Origin: Tubiluchus corallicola
Taxonomy: Eukaryota > Animalia > Priapulida
Direction: 5' to 3'
Assembly: GCA_030141605.1 (NCBI GenBank)
Contig: JAQGDQ010000158.1
Coordinates: forward strand, 124,001-188,000
DNA length: 64,000 nucleotides
Shown: positions 44,246 through 56,639 of the stretch, in pieces
Layout: the number at the start of each line of letters is the position of its first letter
Numbering within the stretch: position 1 is the stretch's first letter
The notes under the pieces: model-generated
Database searches by the model: none
Told to the model about the DNA's origin: nothing
The model's input: the letters and a program-made list of their open reading frames with translations, nothing else
Translations under genes and position numbers: made by a program

Positions 44246-44630
44246 CAGGGCCTATTTCAAGTGGAGGAAGTGGGGATACTCCCCCGGGGCCTCACCCTCT
44301 AGGAGGGCCTCACGCCAAGGTAACATTTTTTTGCTTTATGCTCTCTCTCTCTCGCGCGCGCGCGCGCGCTGCACGCACGCCGTTTGCCAGTATTGACAAG
44401 TATTAAGGACTGGTCTTGAGAATAAAGCAGTTTTTTTCAATTGTTCTTTCCTTTAACAACTGTATAACTCCATAGATTCTCTTCGAAAATGCTTCTCTGG
44501 CGTTCTAGCAGTTAAAAATTTTTTGAGTGCCAACCATGGTGGCGCCCACCCCCCGGCGCCTCACCCCCCCCCCCTTGGGGCCTCACACGCCACACTTCCC
44601 CGGGCCTCGCCTAGGCTGAAATAGGCCCTG
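44246..44630. mobile_element. hAT-superfamily MITE, 385 bp
   Basis: Perfect 14-bp TIRs CAGGGCCTATTTCA / TGAAATAGGCCCTG. Perfect 8-bp TSD GGTATCTA at 44238-44245 and 44631-44638. Repeated GGGCCTCAC subterminal motifs. Confidence 0.9.
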
Positions 44631-46329
44631 GGTATCTATATAAGGTTATACACTTTAAAAAGAAACTAAACATAATAAATATAGTATATTATATATCTAA
44701 TCTGAGATTTAGTAGCATACGCCATAATCACCTTGTATTAACATGGTTTGTGTTTCATATAATTGGAACACATGTGTGATGAGCTACATGCTTTAATTTT
44801 ACTTCGCTGGGCTTCGCAAATGCAGTCGTATTTTAGCAGAGAAGGTGGGGTATTAATTCGAAATCTAAGACTATATAGAAATTTAACAGGGAAGTAATAT
44901 GCTCAGTATTACTGTAATCTCTAAGTTATCTCTTCATATAGGCACGATTAGTATTGATTACCCTACATCTACTTTGCAAAGCAAATATACACACACTTTC
45001 CTAAAACGCCCAAGGTTTTTAGTTGCGCCGTCTAACGCTACCTGTAAATTATTAAGAGCAATTTTGATGAAAGACGTTCGTATTTCCAATTGCCCAGTGT
45101 TCTGCTGTACTCTCGCTGGAACTCATTTGTGAAAGTGCTTGCTTTTAGCTGTTCTCTTTGCGTTTCACAAGAACTGAGAGAGGCACTTACGTGGATGGAT
45201 ATACAAACCTACCAACTGTCGCGAAGACCGGACGCAATCGTTCGACATCACGAGATGTGAGAGATACTCCAAATTCTCTTCTTCTTTGACGCTCTTAGTG
45301 AGCGCCATCTTTTGTGTACCCTGTACACTATTGCAAGAGCAGTGTTTGCCTCAAACCTGTACTTGCAGTAGTAATGATTTAGGTGCTTCTTTTGAATACT
45401 CACTTAATGTGAACAGTCTCTAGATATTTACAAACTTGTTTCAGGCCCTTAGCCTGTCACAGCGATTGTCCATTTAATTTGTTGTCTCATGATAAGTATT
45501 TTAGTTTTGTAATGACATTTCGTTTCTATGTTTATGGAAGCATACGTAATGATTCTTAGGCATGCTGAAGCCAGCAAAGTTTTGCGAGAGAGGTTAAAAT
45601 CACGTTTACATCGTAAGTTTGATAGGAAATAAACACTGAGATAAGCAGGCCAATCAAGGAGACTGAAAATTCCTGCTTTGAAATTCGTTTACTAGCAAAT
45701 CTATCAACAAATGAGACGTGGCTGAATTGTAAATTGATGTGAAATCTGCATCCAGTGGTTTCGTGGGAAGTTACAGTAGATGGGAGCGTGAGTTTGATTT
45801 TAGACAAGACTCAGGTTGTCCTGAAGACTAAAGTAAAGTCTTCTAAGGGTGTACAAGACTTCTAAGTTTAATATATAGTGAAGTGAAGTAGAGTATCTAT
45901 GGCTTTAAGTTTAACGTGTAGTAGAGCAACACACTGGAAAAAGTGTTGTAAGTTAGTAATAATAAATTGTTTAGAATTTTAGCTCCTGTCAGATAAATCG
46001 GTCTGACTGATAGTGAGCTGCAGTAAAAATGAAATGCAGTGATGTTGATTACTGTGTTTTTTGTAAATTTGTAGTGTATGATAAAATGTATATGTTCGTG
46101 AATTAGCGAAATATAAAGTTTAGTACATTTCTTGATTATTGTAAACATAATTTATAAAATTTATTTGAAGGGTAGTTTGTGTAAATGGTATTAACTAATT
46201 GTTGCTGATCCGGTGAAGATTAAATTTTGTTTGTATAATTACTAATTTTACTATAAATTTGTGACAACAGAACAAACGTATTTCTAAAGTACTGTTAATT
46301 ATATTTTTTGTGCATTGAATAATGTGAAG

Positions 46330-46482
46330 ACTCTTTTCCAGCAAAGACTTTTGCCAGAAAAATTTCACAGAAACCTTTTTTGCCACAAAAATTTACTTCA
46401 CAGAAAAGATTTTCTCAGAGTTGCCATTTCCCAGAATTTTTCCCCAGAACTGCCATTTCACAGAAAATAAAATTCACAGAAA
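46330..46482. repeat. Degenerate ~12-15 bp tandem repeat (TTT(C/T)(A/C)CAGAA core)
   Basis: About ten recurrences of a TT.CAGAA-like core. Confidence 0.65.
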
Positions 46483-47350
46483 CTGCACTAAATTCTTTTT
46501 AAAGCACAGTTAGATTATACGCGATAAAAATACGCAACTTTAACTACGTGTATTTGATTAACAGGGATCATATGATCAACTCGCTAAGGCAAGAAAGTAG
46601 ATTTGTAACGTCAGAACGATCAAATAGCGAATCATGTTGATTTTTGCATACAAGTGTGAGTGATCACGGCCTGTGATTGGCTATCAAAGTTAAGCAATTC
46701 CAAGCCTGGCAACTGATTTGTTGGGAGACTGCTTAGGAATCTCATTTTTGAGCAGTTTCTTTTACCGTGATTCCGAATTATTTTGTTCACATCTCGGTGT
46801 TTAGAGAAGTTGTACAAGCATCCGAATGTGACTGTGACATCTCTGCCACTTCAGTGTTTCATCTCAGAGGATTATGTTGGTAATGAACTACGATCTGGTC
46901 CTGCCCTAAAATAACCTGTAAAAAATCCTGCGAAGGAGCATAATTTCTTGGGCAAATGTTGACCCCAAGATATTCACAAATCTAAAATTGTTCGCAAAGT
47001 TGATTTTTTTTATAATTTATATTTATTTATATTTATTTGAAATCCAGTTGTGTTTTAAACGATTATATAGAGCAACGCAAATTGCTTTGCGAAAGCGATT
47101 TCATCGTGAAAACCACTTGAAATTGTAATAACGAAGTTTGAAAATCAAATATTGTTCCAAAAAAAATTAAAAAAACAAGGTTGACTCCTTAAACATGACA
47201 TCATTTTAAATTATTCTGAGATTAGATAGTCGTTAGTAGGATATATTCGGAATTACAGCACACCATATCAATGAATTTCTGAGTCATTGCTAGCTTTTCT
47301 TATTTGGGCGGTTGTACCTAATTGTTTTTAGTAGGTGCATTTATCGATTA

Positions 47351-47428
47351 TAATAACCTAGCCACTGGGGGGGGGGAAGCCAGCCCAACTCAGTGCCGGT
47401 CCCAAGCCCGGATAAATAGGGAGGGTTA
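47351..47428 (+). ncRNA. Twister self-cleaving ribozyme (type P1, with P3 stem)
   Basis: TAA-T^AA-CCTA-GC-CACTG..CAGTG-CCGG-TCCCAAGC-CCGG-ATAAA-TAGG-GAGGG-TTA gives P1 TAA/TTA, P2 CCTA/TAGG, P3 CACTG/CAGTG, P4 CCGG/CCGG, and pseudoknots CCC/GGG and GC/GC. The core GCCGGTCCCAAGCCCGGATAAA..GAGGG matches the rice twister sequence as I recall it. Confidence 0.88.
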
Positions 47429-47894
47429 CGGTCAGGAAGGGCATCCGCCTGTAAAAACTGCGCCAAAACCTTCTATGAATGAGTCGGTGAGACAAAGGGA
47501 AAGTCCACAGAGAATTGGTCAGACCCGCTCTAATCTATGGGCTAGAAGCAGCTTCTCTAATGAAGACCGAAGAGAAGAAAATGGGTGTGGTTAAGATGAG
47601 GATGTTGAGATGGATGGTGGGAATAACAAGAAGAGATAAAATTAGAAATAATAATATCAGAGGAACAGTAAAAGTAGTTGAAGCCTCGCAAGATTGCGAT
47701 GGTATGGACACCTGAAAAGAAGAGTCGGTGAAGATCATGTTGGAAGGGAAGACATAAATGGAGAGATGGTCAACAACAGGAATGCGTGGACGGGAAGACA
47801 TAAATGGAGAGATGGTCAACAACAGGAATGCGTGGAGTAGACTCATTCACAACGGCGACCCCGCATAGGCAAAAGCTGGAAGAAGAAGAAGAAG
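47355..47894 (+). mobile_element. Non-autonomous, internally deleted (bipartite) RTE-clade retroelement, 540 bp
   Basis: An RTE-type 5' leader is fused to the ORF C-terminus (VRPALIYGLEA...MRMLRWMVGITRRDKIRN...LRWYGHLKR). It ends in a (GAA)n tail and has a 16-bp TSD, ATTTATCGATTATAAT (47339-47354) / ATTTATTGATTATAAT (47895-47910). Confidence 0.88.
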
Positions 47895-48569
47895 ATTTAT
47901 TGATTATAATCCCATTAATGCGGGCAAAAAAACTAGAAAACCTTGATAACTATTCACAGTTTTTCTAACTTTTTAACAAAAACAATAAAAAAACTTTTGT
48001 TATTTCCTATTATTGTTAAACTGATAATTCACAGCATTAAACACATAATATTGTGGTTAGAAAGCAATTTGTGAAAAGCGCCCTCCATGACCATGTCACG
48101 AATTGGGCTTATATAATTTTCAAATAATATAACACGATTACACATAATAGCCGCATTAACTTACTATGCACAAAATTATAAACGCCTTCTTTATTAACTT
48201 TGTAAATTTGTATGCACGGTAGTTTTATCATTATCATTATTGTTACTTTTTCATTAAATTTTCCTTTATTGCCTACTTTCGCTGCCATGCAAAGGCCAGT
48301 TTTACTACATAGCATATTATAATCATTGGAATACGCAATGAGTCACGCACCGTATGAATAATTTAGGAAATTTCTCATTGAAATAAATTATTAAAATTCA
48401 TCATTAGATTTATTATTAGCCGTTTAGGAGTCAATACTCAAAACTCCAGCTTGTGTGCGTTGAATGAAATAACCAAACACGTAATTAACTATGGATTATG
48501 TTTTGCTGCATGCGCATGTACCACACATCCCTTGGGAACGACGTATTAAAAACTAGCTGAACAAGAAAC

Positions 48570-49740
48570 TCACAACAATTATGGTCTCTAGTAAGACTAA
48601 ATACAGGGTAGATCTAACCATCAAGAACTCCAAGATTAAATGAACAAGCTAGCAAACTGCTATATAGTCTTAAACATGAACAGCTGGGACGCATCCTATA
48701 TAGAAATTAGCAAAAGCGTGCCAAAATTTATCAGCAATATGGAAGGTGTCAAAACTGGTTCAGATTGTTTAGTATGCTTACCTATAGTTTGCAATTTTGT
48801 TTTGTTTAGAAATATTCAAGTATCAGGACACAGAAAGGTGTTAGCAGATAAAGTTAGTAAATGTCATTGAAAAATGCCAGCAAGAATTACTTCGAAAATA
48901 ACAACCTATGGCTGTACCTATATGCAAATATGAGCAAACGAATAGCATACTGTGTATATGCAATTTCGTTTCATTAATTATCAACTTTCGGATGTCTTTT
49001 GATTTCTTTCGTCGCATTCGTGGAACTTCACTGGGTTGTAATATATCGAAATTTCCACAAACAAAAATTTTGATGCACAAAAATTGTACGAACAGTTTTT
49101 ATTGGAAATTTATCTGGTTGCAAGCATATCAGTGATTTAAGCTGAGAGCTTTTACATATAAATTGTTCTACAATATCCAAAAAATCTCGTCAAGAAAACT
49201 CCTGATTATACATATATATTATGCAGGTGTAATTCGATAAATCACACCAGTGTCTGAATGGTTAAATGCTTCGTAATATCAACAAGGTGCACTTATAAAT
49301 TAATCAATACACTCAAGACTTCGGGAACAATACCCGTGATAATGAGAGCAGAGCTTTCACGTGGCGGTATTGATGTAAAGCTGTGAGTGTGCAAAATAAA
49401 TCACCATATAGCTTGTTTGTCAGTAAAAAGAGCTAATGCAGATAACAGCATAGGAGAGGGTTCTACGTAGCCATCTTGTAAGCATTTGAAGCCCAAGGTT
49501 CTACATAGGAATGGAAACTACCACTCTTGCAGGTGCTAATGTCCCTGACGTTAAGAGATGAATTGAGAAGGTTAGATATTGACCGCGGTAATGAATGATT
49601 TAATTGTTATTGTGGATGCAATGATAATTTCATGAAAACACGCTGCGAGGCACTCTGGGATACCATGGTGTGAGCATTATGCAGTGAGTCTTTGAAACAA
49701 TTGAATAAAACATAGTGGACATTGTTTCCCTTAGTGAAGG
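48570..49740 (-). mobile_element. Highly decayed L2/CR1-like reverse-transcriptase relic
   Basis: Frameshifted traces resembling YRPISNL, HSTESAL, VLIDLSA, YADDTQL and KTEFLMV occur in the expected order on the minus strand. The signal is weak. Confidence 0.4.
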
Positions 49741-52422
49741 TCATACAGTCAAGTAAGATTGCTGGAGAAATATACATGAATATTGAAAAGAAACTTGTTA
49801 CAATTCTTGCTTTGAAGTATGTTCAGGATGGTAGTCATATAAAAAAATCTTGTTGGCACGTTGAATTCTTCTACCTTTCTGGGTTGCTAATTTCTTATAA
49901 TAATGCACGTGTTTCGTGACAACTTGATTTCTTGTACTGTTTTGCTTAGTTTTGTGAAGGTAAACCTCTAAATGTCTGCAGGGCAGCTGTAGCTTAAATT
50001 ATTATCGTCATGATTGTTATATTATTCATAGAGGTTCAAAGACGCTAGTTCTTTGCTTTGTTGTCCAACTGTATAATTCCTTTCATACAGTCAGTAATAC
50101 GTTTTGCTTAATTTGTCAAATACACGAAGTTTTGGTAAATAATTAACTGAAAGGAGAAGTTGTCAGTTGAATGGTCGATTGTTTAGTGCAAAAAGATACC
50201 ATTGATAGCCGTTTTCCTCATTTTTAATGTCCCGTTTAAGCTTGGATTATACAAATTGATATAAAATAAATATTAGAAAGGTCATTGCACTTTTATTGTA
50301 CTTCATGCACAGTTTAACTCACCACTTTATTGAGGAATTGAACCTATTATCACTGTTTAAACCAAATTCGATTGAAAGAAAGATCCAGATGAAGAAAAAA
50401 GTGATGGTTCAACCTAGATTCGAATTTGGAAGTTCTGCCCGTCTAGGTTAGCCCCAACTTTTTCATATTTCTTTCCTTCCGATCAAGCTTTATTTAATTA
50501 ATCACAATTATAAATAATTTCTGTTAAAATTTATGTAATAATTAAGAATAAAGTTTATAAATATGTTAGCAACTCACGCGTTTATTATGCGTTACTTCTT
50601 CTGTACACGAAGCAATCTTCAGCCGCACACGGGAAAACTACATGTTTATGTGCTTAAAGATTCAGTTATAATGCACCTGACATGCTACACTAAGCACGAA
50701 GCCACTCGGAACATACTCAGGATATTGTATTGTTACGAGCGCGCATGCGCAACACAGCATGCTGCCGTAAAAGAAAATTAAGCAAACAGAATTAGGGCTT
50801 AATACCCAATGACTGATGATGAAAATAAATGCATTGAAACAGAATTAGGGCGTGATAAACAATTAGGGAGTTATGCGTTACGGCGTGAATCGCTTTATGT
50901 TGTTTTCAATGAACCTTTTTTCGCATCTGCGTTATTTTTTATTTCTATTGGATTGCCTATATGTAACTAGATACGCAATAAAGTGGCGTTTAACATCCGT
51001 AATGCGTTATGAATTTTTACACTTACTGAATCAAAATCAATAGAAAATAGCTGCAGAAAAAATAGCGCATAACGCGTACGCGTTCCGAATGTCAGGTAAA
51101 CGCCTCTTTATGACCAAAAGCATTAAAGAGTGGACTTAGATTTAGTCCTCTATACTCGATATATAGAGCCGGGCGGAAAAAGCAACACGAATCCTGCATC
51201 TCTATTAGAGTCACTGCATCACTGAAGAGCGGTGTGGGTGCTAGCGGCACCTAGTTAACGTTTGCGAAATCTTTTTAGTTTAACCTTATTTAAACTTTCT
51301 TATACATCACAGCCAATCAGATATCAAAAGCCAACTTTAGCTTTAGTCACATGACTTTCATGACCTGTGTTACCTGTTCATACTTATACGTAGGCGATTA
51401 GCTTTTTTTACTATCATAGTTCTGGTGAACCTGTTAATTACTGTTTTTTGTAATCCAGGATGCCAAGTTTTATCAATTTGGACTAAATTATCTTTATCTC
51501 GTAAATTAAAATGCAATAATCTGCTATTTTTGCTATTGACCAGAAATCGATTAGGTGATTATTGGAAACACGTCATATTTTTAGTTAGCTGCTGTAATTT
51601 CCTATTTTCCCTGTTAATTTGTTAATTATTTTTCTATTGTTAGGGTCTCTTTCTATTGTTGGACAACATCTTTATGCTGAATAATTAATTTTAATTTATC
51701 GCACCAGGTAGCATCGGATTTAGCTTTTTCTTTTAGATATCTTACTTGGGCGCATCTACACAAGAAAGTACCTTTTGCATTTTAGTTATTTTAGTTGTTT
51801 TAGATGTTTTTTGTTATTTATTTATTTTAACCTACACATTATTAAGCCAATGGGGGTTAGAGATTTCTAAAGAAATTAACTCTGCTTTTACTTGATAATG
51901 ACAAATCTCAAGAGAATATGATTGTATTTCACATTGATATATTACTTGTATAATAATTATACATTCAAAACCCAAATAGCCATATAGTGTTGAGAGTATG
52001 TATGCATGTATGTATGTAATTTATTGACAAAATCAAATTACATGTATACATAAAGAATGAGGTAAATGCCACAATCGATACATTAGTGATTTAAGTCCAA
52101 ATGTCACTTTATGGACATTTTCTACTCAAAGTTACAGCAATAAAAACAGTGTTATGCATACAAGGTAATATTTAATTTTTTTTTAAAAACACAATGGTAA
52201 AGCTATAAGCAAAGTGCTTGTACGCAGAACTGATGTCACACCATTTATACACTTTATTACACGTCATTCACTTCATACTAATTAGTACGTCAGCACAAAA
52301 GTTGCAAATAAGTAATTAATAAGAGGGCTTAATCACATCATCAACTCCAAAATACACATTGGCTTGACACTTTAACAAACTTTTGCTCAAAGGTAAAAGC
52401 CGGAACAGAGTAAGCAAAATCA

Positions 52423-52545
52423 TATGTATGAATGTATGTATGTATGTATGTATGTATGTATGTATGTATGTATGTATGTATGTATGTATGTATGTATGTA
52501 TGGATGGATGGATGGATGGATGGATGGATGGATGTATGTATTTAT
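52423..52545. repeat. Compound (ATGT)n(ATGG)n tetranucleotide microsatellite
   Basis: Direct reading of the sequence. Confidence 0.92.
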
Positions 52546-55500
52546 GTAGTTTATTGACAAAAAATACTTTAATTTACAACAAATGGCGTAAACACTTTAA
52601 TTTTCTATTTGTCACGACTCAAAATACTGCACGTCACTCAACCTTCTTAATTAAAACAGTAAAGTGATTGTAACATTAATCTTAATCATATTCAGTTAAC
52701 ATTCTGGCACAAATTTTAAGAGATTCGTTAGTTTTAAAAAATGAATAAATTGTGTAAGACTTGTAGCCAAAGTAGACAACCAAGAACAAATTCTCCGCTG
52801 ATTCGTTTGCAATTACTGGAATCGACAAAAGCATCATCCTTCAATGTTTCTCTGCAAAGATTAGAATTACGTCGTTGAATAACAGAGATTAGACTGAACG
52901 TAATGTCTTTGAAATTATAGTCCCCAGTGGCAGTGGAACACGGTGATGCACTTTTGAAGCAACTCAATGCCATTTTGAATGTCGTCATGTGTCATTGTAC
53001 ACAATACACTGCATTGCAACGTGCATCTATTATGCAGTATGTCTATTACTACATCACATTGTTTTCATGAACGTACTTCTCCACAGTGTCACATATTTGT
53101 AAAATTTGAATAACTACATAAAAGTTTGAATGATTATATATAGATAACATATAGATATATATACATAATTACATATAGATATTATATAGATATATATACA
53201 TATCTTTTAATATGTATTAAAATATATTTGATAAAAACATCCATCAGTGTTAGTAGATACACTGTTGAATCATATAAGTCATCATATACTCTCATATTAT
53301 GTTCAAATCCAATAACTAGGCTCCGCGGAGACCAGGTTTTCCATTAATACTGCTAGTGAATAGACAGCACTGGAAACTGCTGAATGCGAAGACTGAAAAT
53401 TAAAAGTAACAATGTTGCTACATCGAGTGTTTAGGAAAATGGGTTTATATTTCGTACTGATATACATGTATACTTAAATTTACTTTTTACTACGCGTAAT
53501 AATTATGAAAACGTTTTTGCTAGTTAGTTTAATTGTTCGATTAGAAACTTAATTAATGACAGGCGAGCGCAGCTAGCCGTGAAGTCACAGCCGAATAAAA
53601 ATTATCTGCTGCAAGAACCTTCAGACACGTTTGTGAAAGTAAGAATTGGGAAACGGTGCTGATGTGTTTAGGGGCAATGAAATAAATAAAAAAGAAAGAA
53701 CATTAAAAGCTCAAAATTTTCACGGCTTCCAATTTCTAGTTTATGCCAGGGTAACTTTTGTGAGGCTGCTTTGACGTATTATCTGCTAATACAACACGGT
53801 ACAGAGCCTAGTTTTGCTCTATTGCCCGTCTAAGCACATAGTACATAATGAAAAGCTAACAGAATTTGACTCTTGAGTTGTTTAATTAATATAAAAGAAT
53901 ATACACACTATGTTCTAAAAGTGGATAGTACCTTCCTTTAAGTTTACGTTTTGGCAATTTGAAACCTTAACATTCTAACTCAGTGTAACATCCGCTTTCT
54001 GCTAAGTTAACACAGTGGATACAGATGCAATAGAATTAATTCTGTTGTACCGCATTAAAATACAAAAACGGCGAGCACTAATAACTGAGGTGATATTTTG
54101 TAGCTATTTTCTTGCTATTATGCATAATTAGTTAGCAGCTCTTTCACTTACACCTTCTGCAATACATTGGTTAATGTGAGTGATTTGTTAGGGTGATCCC
54201 TAGAATACGATTATGCTCATTATGCGAAGGAAGATCTTGACATCAGGTAATCTGTGAAATTTCGTAATATTTCGCTTTTTATGCATGTTTGAAAGAATGA
54301 GTTTTCAGTAACCTTATCCTTCGACATGGCCCGAATGTCATGCTTGTGCATGGTGTTTATTTCTCACATTACTTGATGCGTTCTTGGTGACATTGACCTT
54401 ACGTAATCTGTGACATGTTGTATTATCTTTGTGTGTGCTTTCATCGTTGGTCATCATTATTAGTTAGCTGTGACAAAGTGAGCCTGTCATCACACTCTCC
54501 AACTGAACTTCTTTACGGTTCCACTGAATGGCTTTAATCATGCCTTTTTGAGAAAATTTTTGGTTGTCTTTTTGGAGACATAATTTTCATCTTTGACTTT
54601 CATTTACACGTATGTCATGTATTTTGACCCTCAGTTGATGCATTTTTCTTTTATCTCTCACACACGTGTGTCATATTCTAGCATTTTCATGTGAATGGGC
54701 ATTGAGAGAACCTCTGAAGCAATGTAACGTTAAATTTGAACCCCAATCTAACTTGGACAAAATTTCTATTTACAGCTCCAAATCAACATTCGATTGCTAC
54801 CCATATAATTGTCTAGTAAGTTAATGAGACCCTGGAAAACCCTGCCAAGATAAACAATCGAACCGACAAAAGCGTCTCAGCCACAATCAGATGTGTAATA
54901 CATGTTCCCACTACGAAGTAGACACTAGTCAACTGAGATTAATGAATTATAACATCAATAGTGAGTAGCAAACTCGCAGCATCCTTATGAAGTGCTGGTA
55001 CCTTATCCACATCAGCTAAAACATCGATCGTTTGCATTATTGGTTTATAATTATAAAGCTACATAAAAGTACAAAATTATTATATTATTAACAGTTTAAT
55101 GTTGATGATAGTGGTCTTTTAAAGTTTCAAACCCTGGAAATAAGGAAACTTTGCATCACGGCGTTAATTTTAATGTTTATTTAGAGACTCGTGTTAAAAG
55201 TTTACTGTATAGTAGTGGTGAGCGTCTTTACCAGAAAGTGAATTCGAGTCGAATACCAAATTTGTGACTTTCGAACTCGAATCACATTGCTGCATATTCA
55301 AATCCGAATCGAATTCCCTTTTAAAGATTGCCGAATTACTAATAACAACACTACTAATTACTGATAATCACAAAGATCAGACATATAATTTGATTTTGTT
55401 GTGCAGCTAAATTGTGTCGATATTGTGTCAAACGTTTTAATGGTAAATAACGTATGTGGTTGAAGTGCTCAACTATTTGAATTGATAATTTTAGGTCCGA

Positions 55501-56639
55501 GTCGTATTCGAACTAAAAAATTCGATTCGAACGTTCTATGTTCACCCCTATGGTACACTAAAAAAGGCTCAAGTCGTTAAAAATACTCGCGGCATTGTCT
55601 CAGGCGGCGAAAGATTTCGGCTATTGTCAAAATAACATTTCAGTAAAAATGATTAAAATTATATCTAACAAACAAATTGATAAAAATACCAAGCTAGTGA
55701 AACTTTAATACTATACAATGCTGAAAAGGACGGCAGTTTAACGGGCCAAACTGGGAATTTTCTTATTAACACTCAAAAATAACCACCCGTCTGCATGTCA
55801 GCAACTACGCCGGGGTGATTTGTCAATACCGAACAAATTGGTCTGACTAATCCCTGGAAACCAGATGCAAATTAGTGCATATAGTTACTTAGGTAGGCTA
55901 ACTAGTACCTGTTGTGTTTGCTTATTATAAAGGACCAGTTTACTAGGGTGTGTGACACTGTCTGTGGTGATATAAGCTTCTGCAGCCAGGTTTGTGGTAC
56001 GGGGTATAAGCATACTTGACAGCATTTTGGAAAAATTTCGCTTAAGTTTTTTATTTTAAATAAATTTGTTAAAAAATGTTTTCATTTATTTGCTGGGCAT
56101 TTTTCTTGTCTCATATATGCCTTTTTCACATTCTGATCTCTAAGGAAGCTAAACTGTTAATTACCAATTGTAGACACCATGGATTGCCATTAGTTTTGAT
56201 AATGGCTTTGTTACTACTTATCATTATACAGTAGTCGGTAAAAACCACATTCATTAGTATTTAAATTGTGGTATAATAGGTGCAATAATGTTTTTGATTA
56301 CACAGTCATTCTTATTGTGATATTGCATATTTACTGGCATATTCACTGTGTCACTGGTTTAGTGTACTCAATAAGACTTAACCAGCCAGACAGGATTATG
56401 CTTAATTTTTCCTTTTTTAACTTTGTTCTAAGTTCGTAATAGCGTTGATGTAAACTATACCTGTTACAAGAAAATACAACCGAAATTGTCTAATACCGGT
56501 AATTTAATATCCTTGGTGTCCACTGCTTAGTGGCAGGTCTTTCCAATGTGAGAAATCTTTCCAATGTTTCAGATATTTAATTCAATGTTAAAGCTTACTG
56601 AAAAAAATTACTTTTTGTAGGTAGCTTCTTAAATCAGGC

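Noticed and set aside
47361-47450. HDV-like ribozyme interpretation of the RTE leader
   Set aside because: The pairings fit the twister topology completely, and I could not build the nested double pseudoknot of HDV.
50400-50460. tRNA-like fragment (TTCGAA motif)
   Set aside because: No cloverleaf can be built. At most a decayed SINE.
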